DNA of 49,191 nucleotides from Candidatus Micrarchaeota archaeon (GCA_964435235.1 CAYSXZ010000032.1:1-49191); one strand, 5' to 3'. Positions 1 to 10,128 are shown, counted from the first letter of the stretch. Numbers and translations are program-made. Notes: generated by a model from the letters alone, not told the origin.

Positions 1-2
1 AT

Positions 3-845
3 ATAAGCATTCTCCATTACGAAAACAGACCGATTCTTATACTGCTTGATTTTGGAACGAATTCGGAGAGCATAGATGGATTAAGGCTAATTAAAGCAGC
101 TGGAGTGGAAATAATTGCTATAGACCATCATCCTCTAGACAGTAAGATAGGACAGTTTGTTGATGCCCTTTTAAATCCCTGGTCAGCAGATGGTCTCATC
201 GATCCATCGTATTATCCTGTTGGTTATCTTGCAAGCGAGATAGCAAGACTGTGCGGCGCTGAAAACACAGATCAGTATGCCAAGATAGCCTGTGCAGGTG
301 ATAAGAGCGGCCTTCTTCAGCAGAATGAAGAAGAAAGAAAGGCAGCCCTCGTCCTAGATTATCTTGCTATCCATACCTCATTTGGAAATAATTTAGATTT
401 TTATAGGGATGTTCTGAGGGAAAAGGAGCTTTTCGATTCTCTATGGCAGCAGGCATCTGACAAGATAAAGGAAGCAGTTGAAAATGTGCTTCCGAAAGTT
501 AAAAAAAGCGAAAAGAACGAAATTGTAATTTATACAGTTCCGCTTGACGGGGTCTTAACGAAAGGAGAATTTCCAAACAAGAGTAAGCTTACCACAGCAA
601 TATACGAAAACTTTTCGACAGATCTTCCAATGATAACGATTGGCTATGGAGATGGAGTAGTAATAGGACGTTGTAATTCTGCATTTGTTCAAAGCAGGAG
701 AGGGCTTTCTGATATAATAAAAAGGATTTCGTCAGATATGAAAAATTTTGTTATCGCAGGCGGTGGGCATGCAAGGGCTGCAGCAATAAGGGTAGAGAAA
801 GGATACGAAAAATTCGTTGTAGAACAATTGATGGAGGCATTATGA
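3..845 (+). CDS. DHH-family RecJ-like phosphoesterase/nuclease (HAN/RecJ3-like), 5'-truncated by the window edge
   Basis: Frame is open from base 3 (ISILHYENRPILILLDFGTNSES...). Motifs LLDFG, IDHH and the DHHA1 GGGH are present. Confidence 0.8.
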   Translation: MSILHYENRPILILLDFGTNSESIDGLRLIKAAGVEIIAIDHHPLDSKIGQFVDALLNPWSADGLIDPSYYPVGYLASEIARLCGAENTDQYAKIACAGDKSGLLQQNEEERKAALVLDYLAIHTSFGNNLDFYRDVLREKELFDSLWQQASDKIKEAVENVLPKVKKSEKNEIVIYTVPLDGVLTKGEFPNKSKLTTAIYENFSTDLPMITIGYGDGVVIGRCNSAFVQSRRGLSDIIKRISSDMKNFVIAGGGHARAAAIRVEKGYEKFVVEQLMEAL

Positions 846-1771
846 TGAGAGCTCTCGTGACTGGAGGCGCTGGATTCATAGGTTCGCACATTGTCGAACG
901 ATTACTCAGCAATAATTGGGATGTTGTAGTCCTAGACGATCTTTCAGGAGGAAAAATGGAAAACATTGCGCAATTTCTTGAAAGGGTGGAATTCGTAAAA
1001 GGAAGTATAACTGATGGAAAGGCAGTTAAAAAGGCGATTGCGGATGTTGACTATGTATTTCATGAAGCAGCAGTGGTCTCTGTTCAAGCTTCATTTTTAG
1101 AGCCACAAAAAACAATGCTTGTTAATGTTGAGGGAACGAAAACCCTTCTCGATGAAGCGCTTGATGCTGGAGTAAAACGCGTGATATTCGCATCATCAGC
1201 AGCTGTTTATGGAAGCGCAGAGCCTCCAATAAGGGAGGACTTTGAGTTGAAGCCCCTCTCCCCATACGGCGAATCAAAAGTTGCTGGTGAGCAGCTTATG
1301 CGCGAATATGCAAAGAAGGGCCTTGAAACCGTATCCCTTCGTTATTTTAATGTCTATGGCCCAAGGCAAAATCCTTCTTCGCAGTACAGTGGCGTTATAA
1401 CAAGATTCGTACACAAGATGCTTAATGGGGAAAGACCTGTTATATACGGGGATGGAAATCAAACGCGCGACTTCATATTTATAGAAGATGTTGTCAGCGC
1501 TAACATACTCGCCGCAAAAAATAAGAATGCAGCAGGAGATGTTTTCAATATCGGCAGTGGTGTACCGCTTACAATAAACCAACTTGTAGGTATTCTCTCA
1601 GAACTTCTTAATTATGACGGCGACCCTGAATACACTGAAAGGAGAGAAGGGGACATTTACGATTCCTATGCAGACATCTCAAAAGCGCAAAGCCTTCTCG
1701 GTTTTAAGGTAACTACATCTATAGAAGAAGGGCTCAAAAAGACGATAGAATGGCAACGCAATTGGAGTTAA
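842..1771 (+). CDS. NAD-dependent nucleotide-sugar epimerase/dehydratase (UDP-glucose 4-epimerase-like SDR)
   Basis: TGGAGFIG Rossmann motif, ASSAAVYG, YGESK (YxxxK), RYFNVYGP. Confidence 0.9.
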   Translation: MMRALVTGGAGFIGSHIVERLLSNNWDVVVLDDLSGGKMENIAQFLERVEFVKGSITDGKAVKKAIADVDYVFHEAAVVSVQASFLEPQKTMLVNVEGTKTLLDEALDAGVKRVIFASSAAVYGSAEPPIREDFELKPLSPYGESKVAGEQLMREYAKKGLETVSLRYFNVYGPRQNPSSQYSGVITRFVHKMLNGERPVIYGDGNQTRDFIFIEDVVSANILAAKNKNAAGDVFNIGSGVPLTINQLVGILSELLNYDGDPEYTERREGDIYDSYADISKAQSLLGFKVTTSIEEGLKKTIEWQRNWS

Positions 1772-1774
1772 GAA

Positions 1775-1780
1775 TTTAAA
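1775..1780 (+). promoter_or_regulatory. TATA box of purP-like gene, probably a leaderless transcript
   Basis: TTTAAA starts 28 nt before the ATG at 1803 and no RBS is present. The same geometry recurs at 19507, 21484, 30780 and 33196. Confidence 0.55.
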
Positions 1781-1802
1781 CCTCTTTTGCTTATCCAGTA
1801 TT

Positions 1803-2891
1803 ATGCAACACACAATAGCAACAATAGGAAGCCATTCCGCCCTTGATGTATGCGAGGGTGCGAAGGGCGAAGGTTTCAAAACGCTTGTTGTATGTCAGAA
1901 AGGAAGGGACGCAACATATTCGGTATACTACAGAACACGAAAACGTGGCGAACTTGAGATAGGAGTTGTAGACGACGTGCTACTCCTAGAAAAGTTTAAG
2001 GATATCTTGGATAAAAAAAACCAAGACCTTTTACTAAACAAAAAATCCATCTTTATCCCAAACCGTTCGTTCGCGGTTTATGTTGGTTATGATGAGATAG
2101 AAAAGTCCTTCGTAATACCAGTGTTTGGTAATAAATACCTGCTTAGGGCAGAAGAGCGCAATGTTCAAAAGAACCAATACTATCTTATGGAAAAGGCAGG
2201 CATCAGATTTCCGAGAGAGGTCTCTTCCCCTGACGAAATAGATACCCTCTGCATAGTAAAGGTAAACGAAGCAAGAAGAAGCTACGAACGTGCCTTCTTC
2301 CTAGCAAGAAGTCCAGAAGAGTACAGAAAAAAAAGCGAGGTTCTAATAAAAGAAGGAAAGATAACAAAAGAAGGGCTTAAGAATGCAAAGATAGAGGAGT
2401 ATATTATAGGAGTGCCTTTCAATTTCAATTTCTTTTACTCTCCGCTTCATGACGAGGTTGAACTTTTAGGTATAGACACCAGAAGACAGACAAATCTAGA
2501 TGGCTTTCTTCGACTTCCTGCGGACAAGCAACTCGAACTTTTAAAATACACCCAGCCAAGCACTATAGAGACAGGGCACATAGCATGCACCCTACGCGAA
2601 TCTCTTATTCAGCAGGCAATCGAAGCCGGGGAGAGGTTAGTAGAAGCGTCGCAAAAGGAATACGAGCCAGGAATAATTGGTCCATTCGCCCTTCAAGGAG
2701 CTATAGTAGAGGAAAATGGGGAGCACTTTGTCTGTTTCGATGTATCACTCAGGATCCCAGGATCTCCAGGCACACGATTTACACCTTATTCTGAATATCT
2801 CTTCAGAAGAAGCATAAGCTTCGGCAGAAGAATTGCGATGGAAATAAAGGAAGCAGAAAAAAAGAATAGGATAGAAGATATTACAACATAA
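1803..2891 (+). CDS. purP: PurP-family ATP-grasp protein (formate-dependent FAICAR synthetase-like)
   Basis: IATIGSHSALD N-terminus, FIPNRSF, TLRESL, GIIGPFALQ, FDVSLRIPGSPG. Confidence 0.85.
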   Translation: MQHTIATIGSHSALDVCEGAKGEGFKTLVVCQKGRDATYSVYYRTRKRGELEIGVVDDVLLLEKFKDILDKKNQDLLLNKKSIFIPNRSFAVYVGYDEIEKSFVIPVFGNKYLLRAEERNVQKNQYYLMEKAGIRFPREVSSPDEIDTLCIVKVNEARRSYERAFFLARSPEEYRKKSEVLIKEGKITKEGLKNAKIEEYIIGVPFNFNFFYSPLHDEVELLGIDTRRQTNLDGFLRLPADKQLELLKYTQPSTIETGHIACTLRESLIQQAIEAGERLVEASQKEYEPGIIGPFALQGAIVEENGEHFVCFDVSLRIPGSPGTRFTPYSEYLFRRSISFGRRIAMEIKEAEKKNRIEDITT

Positions 2892-3549
2892 GAAGTTTTT
2901 CTTGAAAATCTCTAAAATCCTTTATTACACCAGCAGCTTCTTTTTTGTTGATGTAATCAACAGCTGGAGAGTAGACAAGAATAACCTTTATGCCTGCTCT
3001 TTTAGCAGCAGTAAAACCGGAGATGGAATCTTCGAAAGCAAGACACTCATTTGCCTTCACACCAAGTTTTTTCATGGCTGCAAGAAAAGCATCTGGGCTA
3101 GGTTTCCTTTTTTCATAGTCCCCACTTCCTATTACAATATCGAAATACCTATCAAGGCCAGCTACAGAGAGTGCGAGTAATATATTCTCTTTATGACCAC
3201 CAGATACTACTGCTGTTTTTATCTTTCTCTTTTTTAACATTGTAAGAAACTCCTTTATACCTCTCTTTACCTTAACCTTTCCCTTCTTTATGAGCTCGCT
3301 ATATAGTTTTTTCCTCCTTTTTACGTAATCATCAATAACTGTTGCATCTCTTATTCCAACTTCTCCAAGCAGCACAGTGAATATATTTTTCGAGCCTGTT
3401 CCTGCGAATTCACGATACCATCTCCTCATGCTTACGCTTATTCCGAGTGGTTTTAGGAGTTGCATAAATGTCATATAGTGAACAGGCTCAGAATCTACAA
3501 TAACGCCATCAAAATCAAACAACACCGCCCTCAGCACATTCTCAACCAT
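2881..3549 (-). CDS. HAD-superfamily phosphatase (beta-PGM/CbbY-like)
   Basis: FDFDGVIVDSE motif I, KPSPD, FEDS. Confidence 0.9.
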   Translation of the reverse strand: MVENVLRAVLFDFDGVIVDSEPVHYMTFMQLLKPLGISVSMRRWYREFAGTGSKNIFTVLLGEVGIRDATVIDDYVKRRKKLYSELIKKGKVKVKRGIKEFLTMLKKRKIKTAVVSGGHKENILLALSVAGLDRYFDIVIGSGDYEKRKPSPDAFLAAMKKLGVKANECLAFEDSISGFTAAKRAGIKVILVYSPAVDYINKKEAAGVIKDFRDFQEKLLML

Positions 3550-3609
3550 ATTTGTTTTCTTAAAAATAGTATTAAAAATACGATTACAGAAATAAAAATT
3601 GTGATTGAA

Positions 3610-4320
3610 ATGAAAAGATTAATCTTCTTTTTTGGAATAATGTTCTTACTTCTGGGGTGCATAGGGGGAGAGGAGACCCCTCAGAACGAGACGAACGTGA
3701 CCGCTCCACAGGAAAGACCTACTGTGGTAATGCCATCCTTCACTTTGATAAGCCCAGGTGAAGAAGAGGTATTTACAACCGAAGGAGATTACGGTTCTAT
3801 CAACGTCGTTCTCAGCACGTCTAATCTTATAATAAGACCAGCAGGAACTAGACCGAATAAGATAGGGGAAGGTCATTTTGCCATCTCTTTAGATGGTGGC
3901 GATAAGACCTACGTATTTACGAAAAACTATGTACTTGACGGTATAAGCCCTGGCGCGCATACACTTAGAGTCGAACTTGTACATAATGATAATACTCCAT
4001 ATTCTCCCCCAATAGTGAGAACGGTTAATTTCTATATTGAAAAGACAGTGACAGAATACATCCCGAAGGAATACGTAGTGGTGATCGAGGACTTTTCGTA
4101 CGAACCAGAGACAATAACTGTGAATGTCGGAGATACAATTACCTGGGTCAATCGCGGCTCCTATCCTAGATCCGCAACGTACACAGGAGTTTTCGACACA
4201 CAGATAATACCCCCAGGCCAAAACGCAAGTGTTAAGATGACAACTCCAGGAACATTCAGATACTATTCCCTTACATTTATGGCAATGAAAGGAACAGTCA
4301 TTGTTAATCAGCCGGAATAA
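3610..4320 (+). CDS. Lipoprotein with an Ig-like domain and a C-terminal cupredoxin-fold domain
   Basis: Start moved to ATG 3610. MKR + hydrophobic stretch + LLGC lipobox. C-terminal FSYEPETITVNVGDTITWVN...PGTFRYY...MKGTVIV matches the plastocyanin/halocyanin pattern. Confidence 0.75.
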   Translation: MKRLIFFFGIMFLLLGCIGGEETPQNETNVTAPQERPTVVMPSFTLISPGEEEVFTTEGDYGSINVVLSTSNLIIRPAGTRPNKIGEGHFAISLDGGDKTYVFTKNYVLDGISPGAHTLRVELVHNDNTPYSPPIVRTVNFYIEKTVTEYIPKEYVVVIEDFSYEPETITVNVGDTITWVNRGSYPRSATYTGVFDTQIIPPGQNASVKMTTPGTFRYYSLTFMAMKGTVIVNQPE

Positions 4321-4331
4321 TTTTATGAGAT

Positions 4332-5327
4332 ATGTCTTGGAGGCGAGCGAAAATAGACGAGAAAACTCTTCTCCGCTACAAGAAAGCCCAGTATGGGATA
4401 GTAGGAAAGCATTCAGCAGTTCAGATATGCAGCTGGACAAAGAAAGCACTCAGAAGAAAAGGGGTCTGCTATAAGCAGAAATTTTATGGCATAGACTGTT
4501 ACCGTTGCACTCAAATGAGTCCTGCATTTGCACGGTGCCAAGAATCCTGCGTTCATTGCTGGAGGCCAGCAGAGTGGATGAAGAAAATAAAAATGGATGA
4601 AAATGATGTAGATGAACCAGCTCTTATCATTGACGGTATAATAAAAGAGAGAAAAAAGCTCCTGTGTGGGATCGGGGGAGCAAAGGATGTGGATAAAGAA
4701 AAATTTTTGGAGAGCATGAAAGGATTCCCATCTCATTGGGCTATTTCTCTTTCAGGAGAACCCACAATCTATCCAAAAATAGGAGAACTCATAGAATTAT
4801 TAAGAAAAAACAAAGAGGTTAGGAGTGTTTTTCTTGTTACAAATGGGCAGGAACCAGATGTGCTCAAGGGTTTAAAAGCAAAAAAACTTCCTACTCAACT
4901 TTACCTATCTATCAGTGCGCCTAATGAGAAGCTCTTTAAGGAATTGAATCGCTCAGTCTATCCTGATGGTTGGAAACGCCTGCAAGAAAGCATAAGAGCA
5001 CTTCGATCGCTTGGGTGCAGGACTGTTATAAGGCTTACCCTAATTCGAGGCGTTAACGATATGAGCGAGCATCTACCAGAATATGCAGCTATCCTAGAGA
5101 CATCAAAGGCAGATTTCATAGAAATAAAGTCATATATGTATCTCGGGTTATCGCGCAATAGATTGAAAAAGGAAAACATGGCACCGCATTTTTATATAAG
5201 GCAGTGGGCAGAGAGACTGTTATCGCTTCTACCTTCTTATAGATTTGAGAATGAAGACGAAACCTCGAGAATAGTACTTCTTAAAAGAAAAGACTCAAAA
5301 ATTGATACTCTCATAAGAAGTTCTTAA
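4332..5327 (+). CDS. taw1: Radical SAM 4-demethylwyosine synthase Tyw1/Taw1
   Basis: HSAVQICSWTK, CYKQKFYGI, CQESCVHCWR (CxxxCxxC), AISLSGEPT. Confidence 0.93.
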   Translation: MSWRRAKIDEKTLLRYKKAQYGIVGKHSAVQICSWTKKALRRKGVCYKQKFYGIDCYRCTQMSPAFARCQESCVHCWRPAEWMKKIKMDENDVDEPALIIDGIIKERKKLLCGIGGAKDVDKEKFLESMKGFPSHWAISLSGEPTIYPKIGELIELLRKNKEVRSVFLVTNGQEPDVLKGLKAKKLPTQLYLSISAPNEKLFKELNRSVYPDGWKRLQESIRALRSLGCRTVIRLTLIRGVNDMSEHLPEYAAILETSKADFIEIKSYMYLGLSRNRLKKENMAPHFYIRQWAERLLSLLPSYRFENEDETSRIVLLKRKDSKIDTLIRSS

Positions 5328-5337
5328 ATCGAAGGGG

Positions 5338-6720
5338 ATGGAGATGCTCGGATGGAAGATATTAAAGGATGGCGATTATAAGATTAGCCTTCCAAGGCTG
5401 AGCGATGCAGAAGAGCAGATGATAGAGGTTGTTGAGGAGCGCTTTCGGGAAGCTGCGAGAACTATGGTAGAGGGCAGCGAAAAGGAAAGCGAGGCATTGA
5501 TAAGAAATCTTCTTCTATCAGTAGCAGAGGAAGAAGGCATACTACTAGACAACGATCAGCTCGAATATCTCTCGCACGCAGCCTTTCTTCACATATACGC
5601 ATTTGCGTTTATCGACCTTCTTGTAAAAGACCAGGAGATAGAAGAGATAAGCGTCATAGGTATAAACAAACCAGTTTATGTTTATCTGAAGAATCAGGGC
5701 TGGAAGAGCGTAAATGCCTGCTTCACAAACGAGAAGGCCATTGCAGATGTTGCAAACAAAATGGCACGAGGGATGGGGAGGCATATAACGATGCAAAACC
5801 CCCGTCTTGATGCTATGCTTCCTGATGGTTCTCGTCTTCACGCATCCCTTCCGCCAGTTTCGCAGGGAGAGATAACAATAAGAAAATTCAGACAGAGGCC
5901 ATTTTCACCAAAAGAACTTATAGACCTAAAGACGACAACAGCCGAAGCACTAGCATTCCTTTCTCTTGTGATGCAAAGCGACAACTCCGTTCTTATCGGT
6001 GGCAATACTGGTTCTGGAAAAACAACACTACTCAACGCGCTTTTTTCATTCGTTCCTGCAAATGAAAGAGTGCTCATTACAGAGGAAACCCCGGAGATAA
6101 ATATTCCGCATAAACATCAGGTTAGGTTAGTAGCAAACCGCGATATGGAAATAGGTTTGAAGGATTTGATGTATGATACACTAAGGATGAGACCAGACAG
6201 AATGATCGTTGGTGAGGTAAGAAACAAGCAAGAATTCGAAGCACTTTTCGATGTTTTGCTCGCAGGGCAAGCGCGTGGTTGTTATGCAACCCTACACTCT
6301 CAGGGTGCTTTAGAGGCTTGCCAGCGAATTAAGAGTTTTGGGATAAATGAAATGGATGTAGAAAGCGTAGATTGTATAGTAATACAAAGGCGAATGCTCC
6401 TTTATGATGCAAAGAAAAGAAAAAATGTAGAAGTAAGAAAAATGACAGAAATAGCAGAGATGGATAACGGTCCAAAGCTCCTTTTCTCATTCGATAGAAA
6501 GTCTGGTACATTGCGATTTAAGAATGGGGGAAAGCTCCTTCAAAGGGTTGCGGATAGTTTCGGTATGAGCGAAAAAGAGATAAAAAAAGAGCTGGAGCTT
6601 AGAAAGCGCCTCTTCTCGTCTCTAGATTCTGAATTTTTCTCTTTCTATGCATCACTTCAAAAAAGGCTTTACGGCATTCAAGAAGAAAAAGAGGAGAAAA
6701 AAGAGGGAGGAAGGGAATAA
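5338..6720 (+). CDS. Type II/IV secretion (type IV pilus/Tad) assembly ATPase, VirB11/CpaF family
   Basis: ITIRKF, Walker A GNTGSGKTT, EETPE Asp box, LRMRPDRMIVGEVR, TLH. Confidence 0.9.
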   Translation: MEMLGWKILKDGDYKISLPRLSDAEEQMIEVVEERFREAARTMVEGSEKESEALIRNLLLSVAEEEGILLDNDQLEYLSHAAFLHIYAFAFIDLLVKDQEIEEISVIGINKPVYVYLKNQGWKSVNACFTNEKAIADVANKMARGMGRHITMQNPRLDAMLPDGSRLHASLPPVSQGEITIRKFRQRPFSPKELIDLKTTTAEALAFLSLVMQSDNSVLIGGNTGSGKTTLLNALFSFVPANERVLITEETPEINIPHKHQVRLVANRDMEIGLKDLMYDTLRMRPDRMIVGEVRNKQEFEALFDVLLAGQARGCYATLHSQGALEACQRIKSFGINEMDVESVDCIVIQRRMLLYDAKKRKNVEVRKMTEIAEMDNGPKLLFSFDRKSGTLRFKNGGKLLQRVADSFGMSEKEIKKELELRKRLFSSLDSEFFSFYASLQKRLYGIQEEKEEKKEGGRE

Positions 6721-8321
6721 TGGCTTCAATCCTAGAAACCATAGTAAATAATCTTCACTTGTTTCCAGAGGTTGAGGTAAAAAGTAGGCTATCAAAAAAA
6801 CTCCTTGTCATCTACCCAGAAGCAGATGAACGGCGATATATTGGTGCTTGCCTAATAATCTCTCTTATTCTTTCCATTTTCATCTTCATCTTTTCGCTTT
6901 TTCTCTTTGATGAAGAGATGTCATTGCTCATATTTCCAATTTCTTTCCTACTTTTTTTCCTCTTCCTGCTTGCATTGCCAACATTTGAACTCAGCAAACG
7001 CTCTAAGATTATTGAAGTAGAGATGCCGTTTATGCTTAGGACTGTAGGAATGCTAATAAACATGAAAATTCCATTCACGAAGGCTCTTGCCATAGTCTCA
7101 GAGGAAAACAACGAAATCGGTAAGGAGATGAGAAGGATAGTACAGGATGTTAACAGCGGTGTTACCATAGAAAAGGCGTTTGCAAGATTTGCTTTATCGT
7201 TCGATTCCCAACCAGTAAAAAGAGCGATTTCGCAACTCCTTTCAACATATGAAATAGGGGGAGCTGGGAATGAGATGAAGAGAATAGGGGACGAGCTTTT
7301 GGCAATGCAACAACACAGGCTAAAGGAACATGCTTCGAAGAGCGCAATTTTTGGTATGTTGTTTATTATGACGGTGGCTATTCTGCCGACATTCTTCCTT
7401 GTTTATGTGTTGCTTGGTAAATTCGGGGTAGGAGGTACAATTTCCGAATTTGGCATAGCGATAACCCTTCTCCTAGTTTTCCCTGCAATAAGTGTTTTTC
7501 TTCTATTGCTCAGCAAAGCATCCGTTCCGCATTCTCCATTTTCACAAGGGCAAAGCATTCTTGATGTTGCAGTTGCAGCACCGGCATTTCTTTTTCTTTT
7601 AGCATTCCTCTTTTTGGAAGGGGACTTACGCCTCTTTATAGTAATAATAGCCACCGTGATGATGCTGTTTGTGGTTTATAAATCGTACATAAAGGAAAAA
7701 CGGACTGAAGAAATCGAGCAATACCTCCCAGATGCATTGTTTACTATTTCAGCGCTACCAAAATCTGCAAAGATGGAGAAGATTTTCGAGACCATTGAAA
7801 ATGGAGGATATGGGGCTCTTTCCGAAGAGGCAGGAAAATCAAAGAGACAGCTTCTTATGAATGTTAGGACAGATGTAGTCCTAGAGGACCTTTGGAAGAG
7901 AAATGATTCTGAAGCATTGAAGAGGGCATCGACAATGCTGAAACATGTTTTCAATACGAATGCATTTAACCAGATGCACAGCATAGCAGAAGACCTCCTA
8001 AAGAATTTTGAGATAAAAAGGGAGCGTGCAAGCCTTATGTCCATGCAAAAATATACAATACTCTTCGGTGGTCTTCTGGTACCAATCATACTCAAAATAG
8101 CACTTTCGCTTATATCCGGTATGGTAGAACTTTTTGGTGATCCTACAGCGCCTCAGCTTATATCCTATACCGTTTCTATAATCCCAGCATATCTTGTGAT
8201 GTACTCTCTCATATCTGCATTTTACATAGCTGATGTAGAAGGAAGAAAATCTCGACTAGCTATATACTTCCTGTTGCTTGCAGTGTTAAGTGTCCTTGTA
8301 TTCACCTTCCTGGAATTTTAG
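6720..8321 (+). CDS. Type II secretion system F-family (TadB/TadC-like) membrane platform protein
   Basis: Two repeats of the 'IE.EMP/LPDAL' soluble domain alternate with TM bundles. Translationally coupled to the ATPase. Confidence 0.8.
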   Translation: MASILETIVNNLHLFPEVEVKSRLSKKLLVIYPEADERRYIGACLIISLILSIFIFIFSLFLFDEEMSLLIFPISFLLFFLFLLALPTFELSKRSKIIEVEMPFMLRTVGMLINMKIPFTKALAIVSEENNEIGKEMRRIVQDVNSGVTIEKAFARFALSFDSQPVKRAISQLLSTYEIGGAGNEMKRIGDELLAMQQHRLKEHASKSAIFGMLFIMTVAILPTFFLVYVLLGKFGVGGTISEFGIAITLLLVFPAISVFLLLLSKASVPHSPFSQGQSILDVAVAAPAFLFLLAFLFLEGDLRLFIVIIATVMMLFVVYKSYIKEKRTEEIEQYLPDALFTISALPKSAKMEKIFETIENGGYGALSEEAGKSKRQLLMNVRTDVVLEDLWKRNDSEALKRASTMLKHVFNTNAFNQMHSIAEDLLKNFEIKRERASLMSMQKYTILFGGLLVPIILKIALSLISGMVELFGDPTAPQLISYTVSIIPAYLVMYSLISAFYIADVEGRKSRLAIYFLLLAVLSVLVFTFLEF

Positions 8322-8330
8322 GTCATACCT

Positions 8331-8816
8331 ATGGATGCAATCTCAAACTTTGCTTATAGCATTAACAGCGAATTGCTCACAAAAGTAAGTCTATTATTGG
8401 ACAACCACATCGTTTTCGTGCTTGTTATCATGGCGCTTGTTTTAATAAAAGAAAGTAGAAACGCAAAGAGACTCAAGATTTTTGCAGCGCTTCTTTTAGC
8501 CTTCTTTTTTGCAACATGTATAAAAATTCTTACTGGGGTAGAGCGTCCGTGCGCATCTCTAGATATTCCAAATTGCCCATCGAGTAGCTCCTTTCCAAGC
8601 CTCCACGCGACGTTAGCGTTTGTTGTAATGATATCCTTCCTTAACAAGAGGAGTTATTGGATGTTTGTCCTCTTTGCGCTTTTTGTATCCCTAACGCGTT
8701 TGGTACTTGCCATGCACAGTTTTAGAGACATCGCTGCTGCCTTACCAATAGCGCTTATCACATATAATATAGTAGATGTTCTTTGGAGGAGTTTCACATG
8801 GAAGAGATTGAAATAA
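8331..8816 (+). CDS. PAP2-family membrane phosphatase
   Basis: K-x6-RP, FPSLH, TR-x5-H-x3-D motifs, with TM segments. Confidence 0.85.
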   Translation: MDAISNFAYSINSELLTKVSLLLDNHIVFVLVIMALVLIKESRNAKRLKIFAALLLAFFFATCIKILTGVERPCASLDIPNCPSSSSFPSLHATLAFVVMISFLNKRSYWMFVLFALFVSLTRLVLAMHSFRDIAAALPIALITYNIVDVLWRSFTWKRLK

Positions 8817-9355
8817 AGCGTCAGCTATTTCATATACTCATAGGAGTAATAGCACTTCTAATACTAGTTTTTATAGGGAAGGGGACGCTAATGGCATTCT
8901 CGTTCTTTACTTTGATAATAGGCCTTCTTCTTGTTAATCTTACTTTCCTCGGTAAAAAAATATTACTAGTGGAATTTTTTAGGAAGCATTTCGAGAGAAA
9001 GAACATCCCATTCCCAGGATGGGGCTCTGCCTGCTATGCAACCGGAGTTCTTCTTATAACATCTTTTCTTACGAACCAAAACGCTATAGCTGCATCTATA
9101 ATAATACTCGGTATAGGGGATGGTGTTTCCACTCTTATTGGCAGGAACGGAAGAATACCCCTACCATATAATCGTAAAAAGACGCTTGAAGGTAGCTTTG
9201 CATTTTTCCTATCATCTCTTCTCGGGTATTCCTTTGTCGGACCACTCATCATCCCAGCCGCGTTTCTTGCAGCTATATCTGAATCGTTAGATCTTCCGAT
9301 TGATGATAATTTATTCGTTCCAATAATCACTACAGCATTCTTTATGGTGGTTTGA
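8798..9355 (+). CDS. Dolichol/phytol kinase-like (CTP-dependent polyprenol kinase) membrane protein
   Basis: KRQLFH, GIGDGVSTLIG, KKTLEGS, IDDNL. ATG at 8798 follows a GGAG RBS. Confidence 0.8.
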   Translation: MEEIEIKRQLFHILIGVIALLILVFIGKGTLMAFSFFTLIIGLLLVNLTFLGKKILLVEFFRKHFERKNIPFPGWGSACYATGVLLITSFLTNQNAIAASIIILGIGDGVSTLIGRNGRIPLPYNRKKTLEGSFAFFLSSLLGYSFVGPLIIPAAFLAAISESLDLPIDDNLFVPIITTAFFMVV

Positions 9356-10128
9356 TGCCGATTCTACTATTTACATCAAATAATACCGCGAGCAAAAATA
9401 TCGCAATCCAACTTATAGAAAAGCACGGTTTCACAGAAATAGAAAAATCTAAGTGGGAAAGGAACGGTATTCTTCTCATAGATACAAAAGCGCCAAGCGT
9501 ATTAGATGTTCCGAAAGATTTTGATACGGATTGCATAATCGTCCTTAGTTCACATAAAAGCAAGAGCGGTGACCGGATGCTTACTGCGCATTTCCCAGGA
9601 AACTGGACGGATGCTGCATATGGCGGAAAGCCAAGGACATTGAATATTGCGTTTGGAAGTATGCTAAAGATAATAATGCAAGAACTTGTAAGGTCGAATA
9701 AAATTGGTTGGCCTGTTTATGTAGAAGCAGATCATCATGGCCCCACCTGCAGTGTTCCGATAATATTCGTAGAGATCGGCAGTACGGAAAAAGAGTGGGG
9801 CGACAAGATAGCAGCAGAATCTGTTGCGGAAGCGATAAGCAATAGTTTAAAACGAAACGAAAGATATGAATGCGTGTTCGGAACCGGCGGCGGGCACTAT
9901 GCCATCGAGTTTACAGATATAATTCTTAAAACAAACTATGCAGTGGGGCACATAGCACCAAAGCATGTGTTGGATTCTCTTGATGAGGATATTTTTAGAC
10001 AGGCTATTGAAAAAAATGTTGAAACAGTAAGAAAGGTTTTTGTCCTGAAAGAAAGCACGAATAGAGGGCATAAAAGAAAGATAAGCGAATACTGCTCAGG
10101 GCTTGGTGTCGAATACATCGAAATTTAG
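9355..10128 (+). CDS. dtdA: Archaeal D-aminoacyl-tRNA deacylase (DTD2)
   Basis: SSHKS, LTAHFPGNW, EADHHGP, FVEIGS, GGGHYA. Confidence 0.9.
   Translation: MPILLFTSNNTASKNIAIQLIEKHGFTEIEKSKWERNGILLIDTKAPSVLDVPKDFDTDCIIVLSSHKSKSGDRMLTAHFPGNWTDAAYGGKPRTLNIAFGSMLKIIMQELVRSNKIGWPVYVEADHHGPTCSVPIIFVEIGSTEKEWGDKIAAESVAEAISNSLKRNERYECVFGTGGGHYAIEFTDIILKTNYAVGHIAPKHVLDSLDEDIFRQAIEKNVETVRKVFVLKESTNRGHKRKISEYCSGLGVEYIEI

Noticed and set aside
3460-3609. N-terminal extension of the lipoprotein ORF
   Set aside because: It overlaps the HAD gene. The signal peptide and lipobox start at 3610.
5338-8321. Archaellum (arlI/arlJ) operon
   Set aside because: No arlH, arlF/G or archaellin genes are adjacent. A generic type IV pilus/Tad pair fits better.
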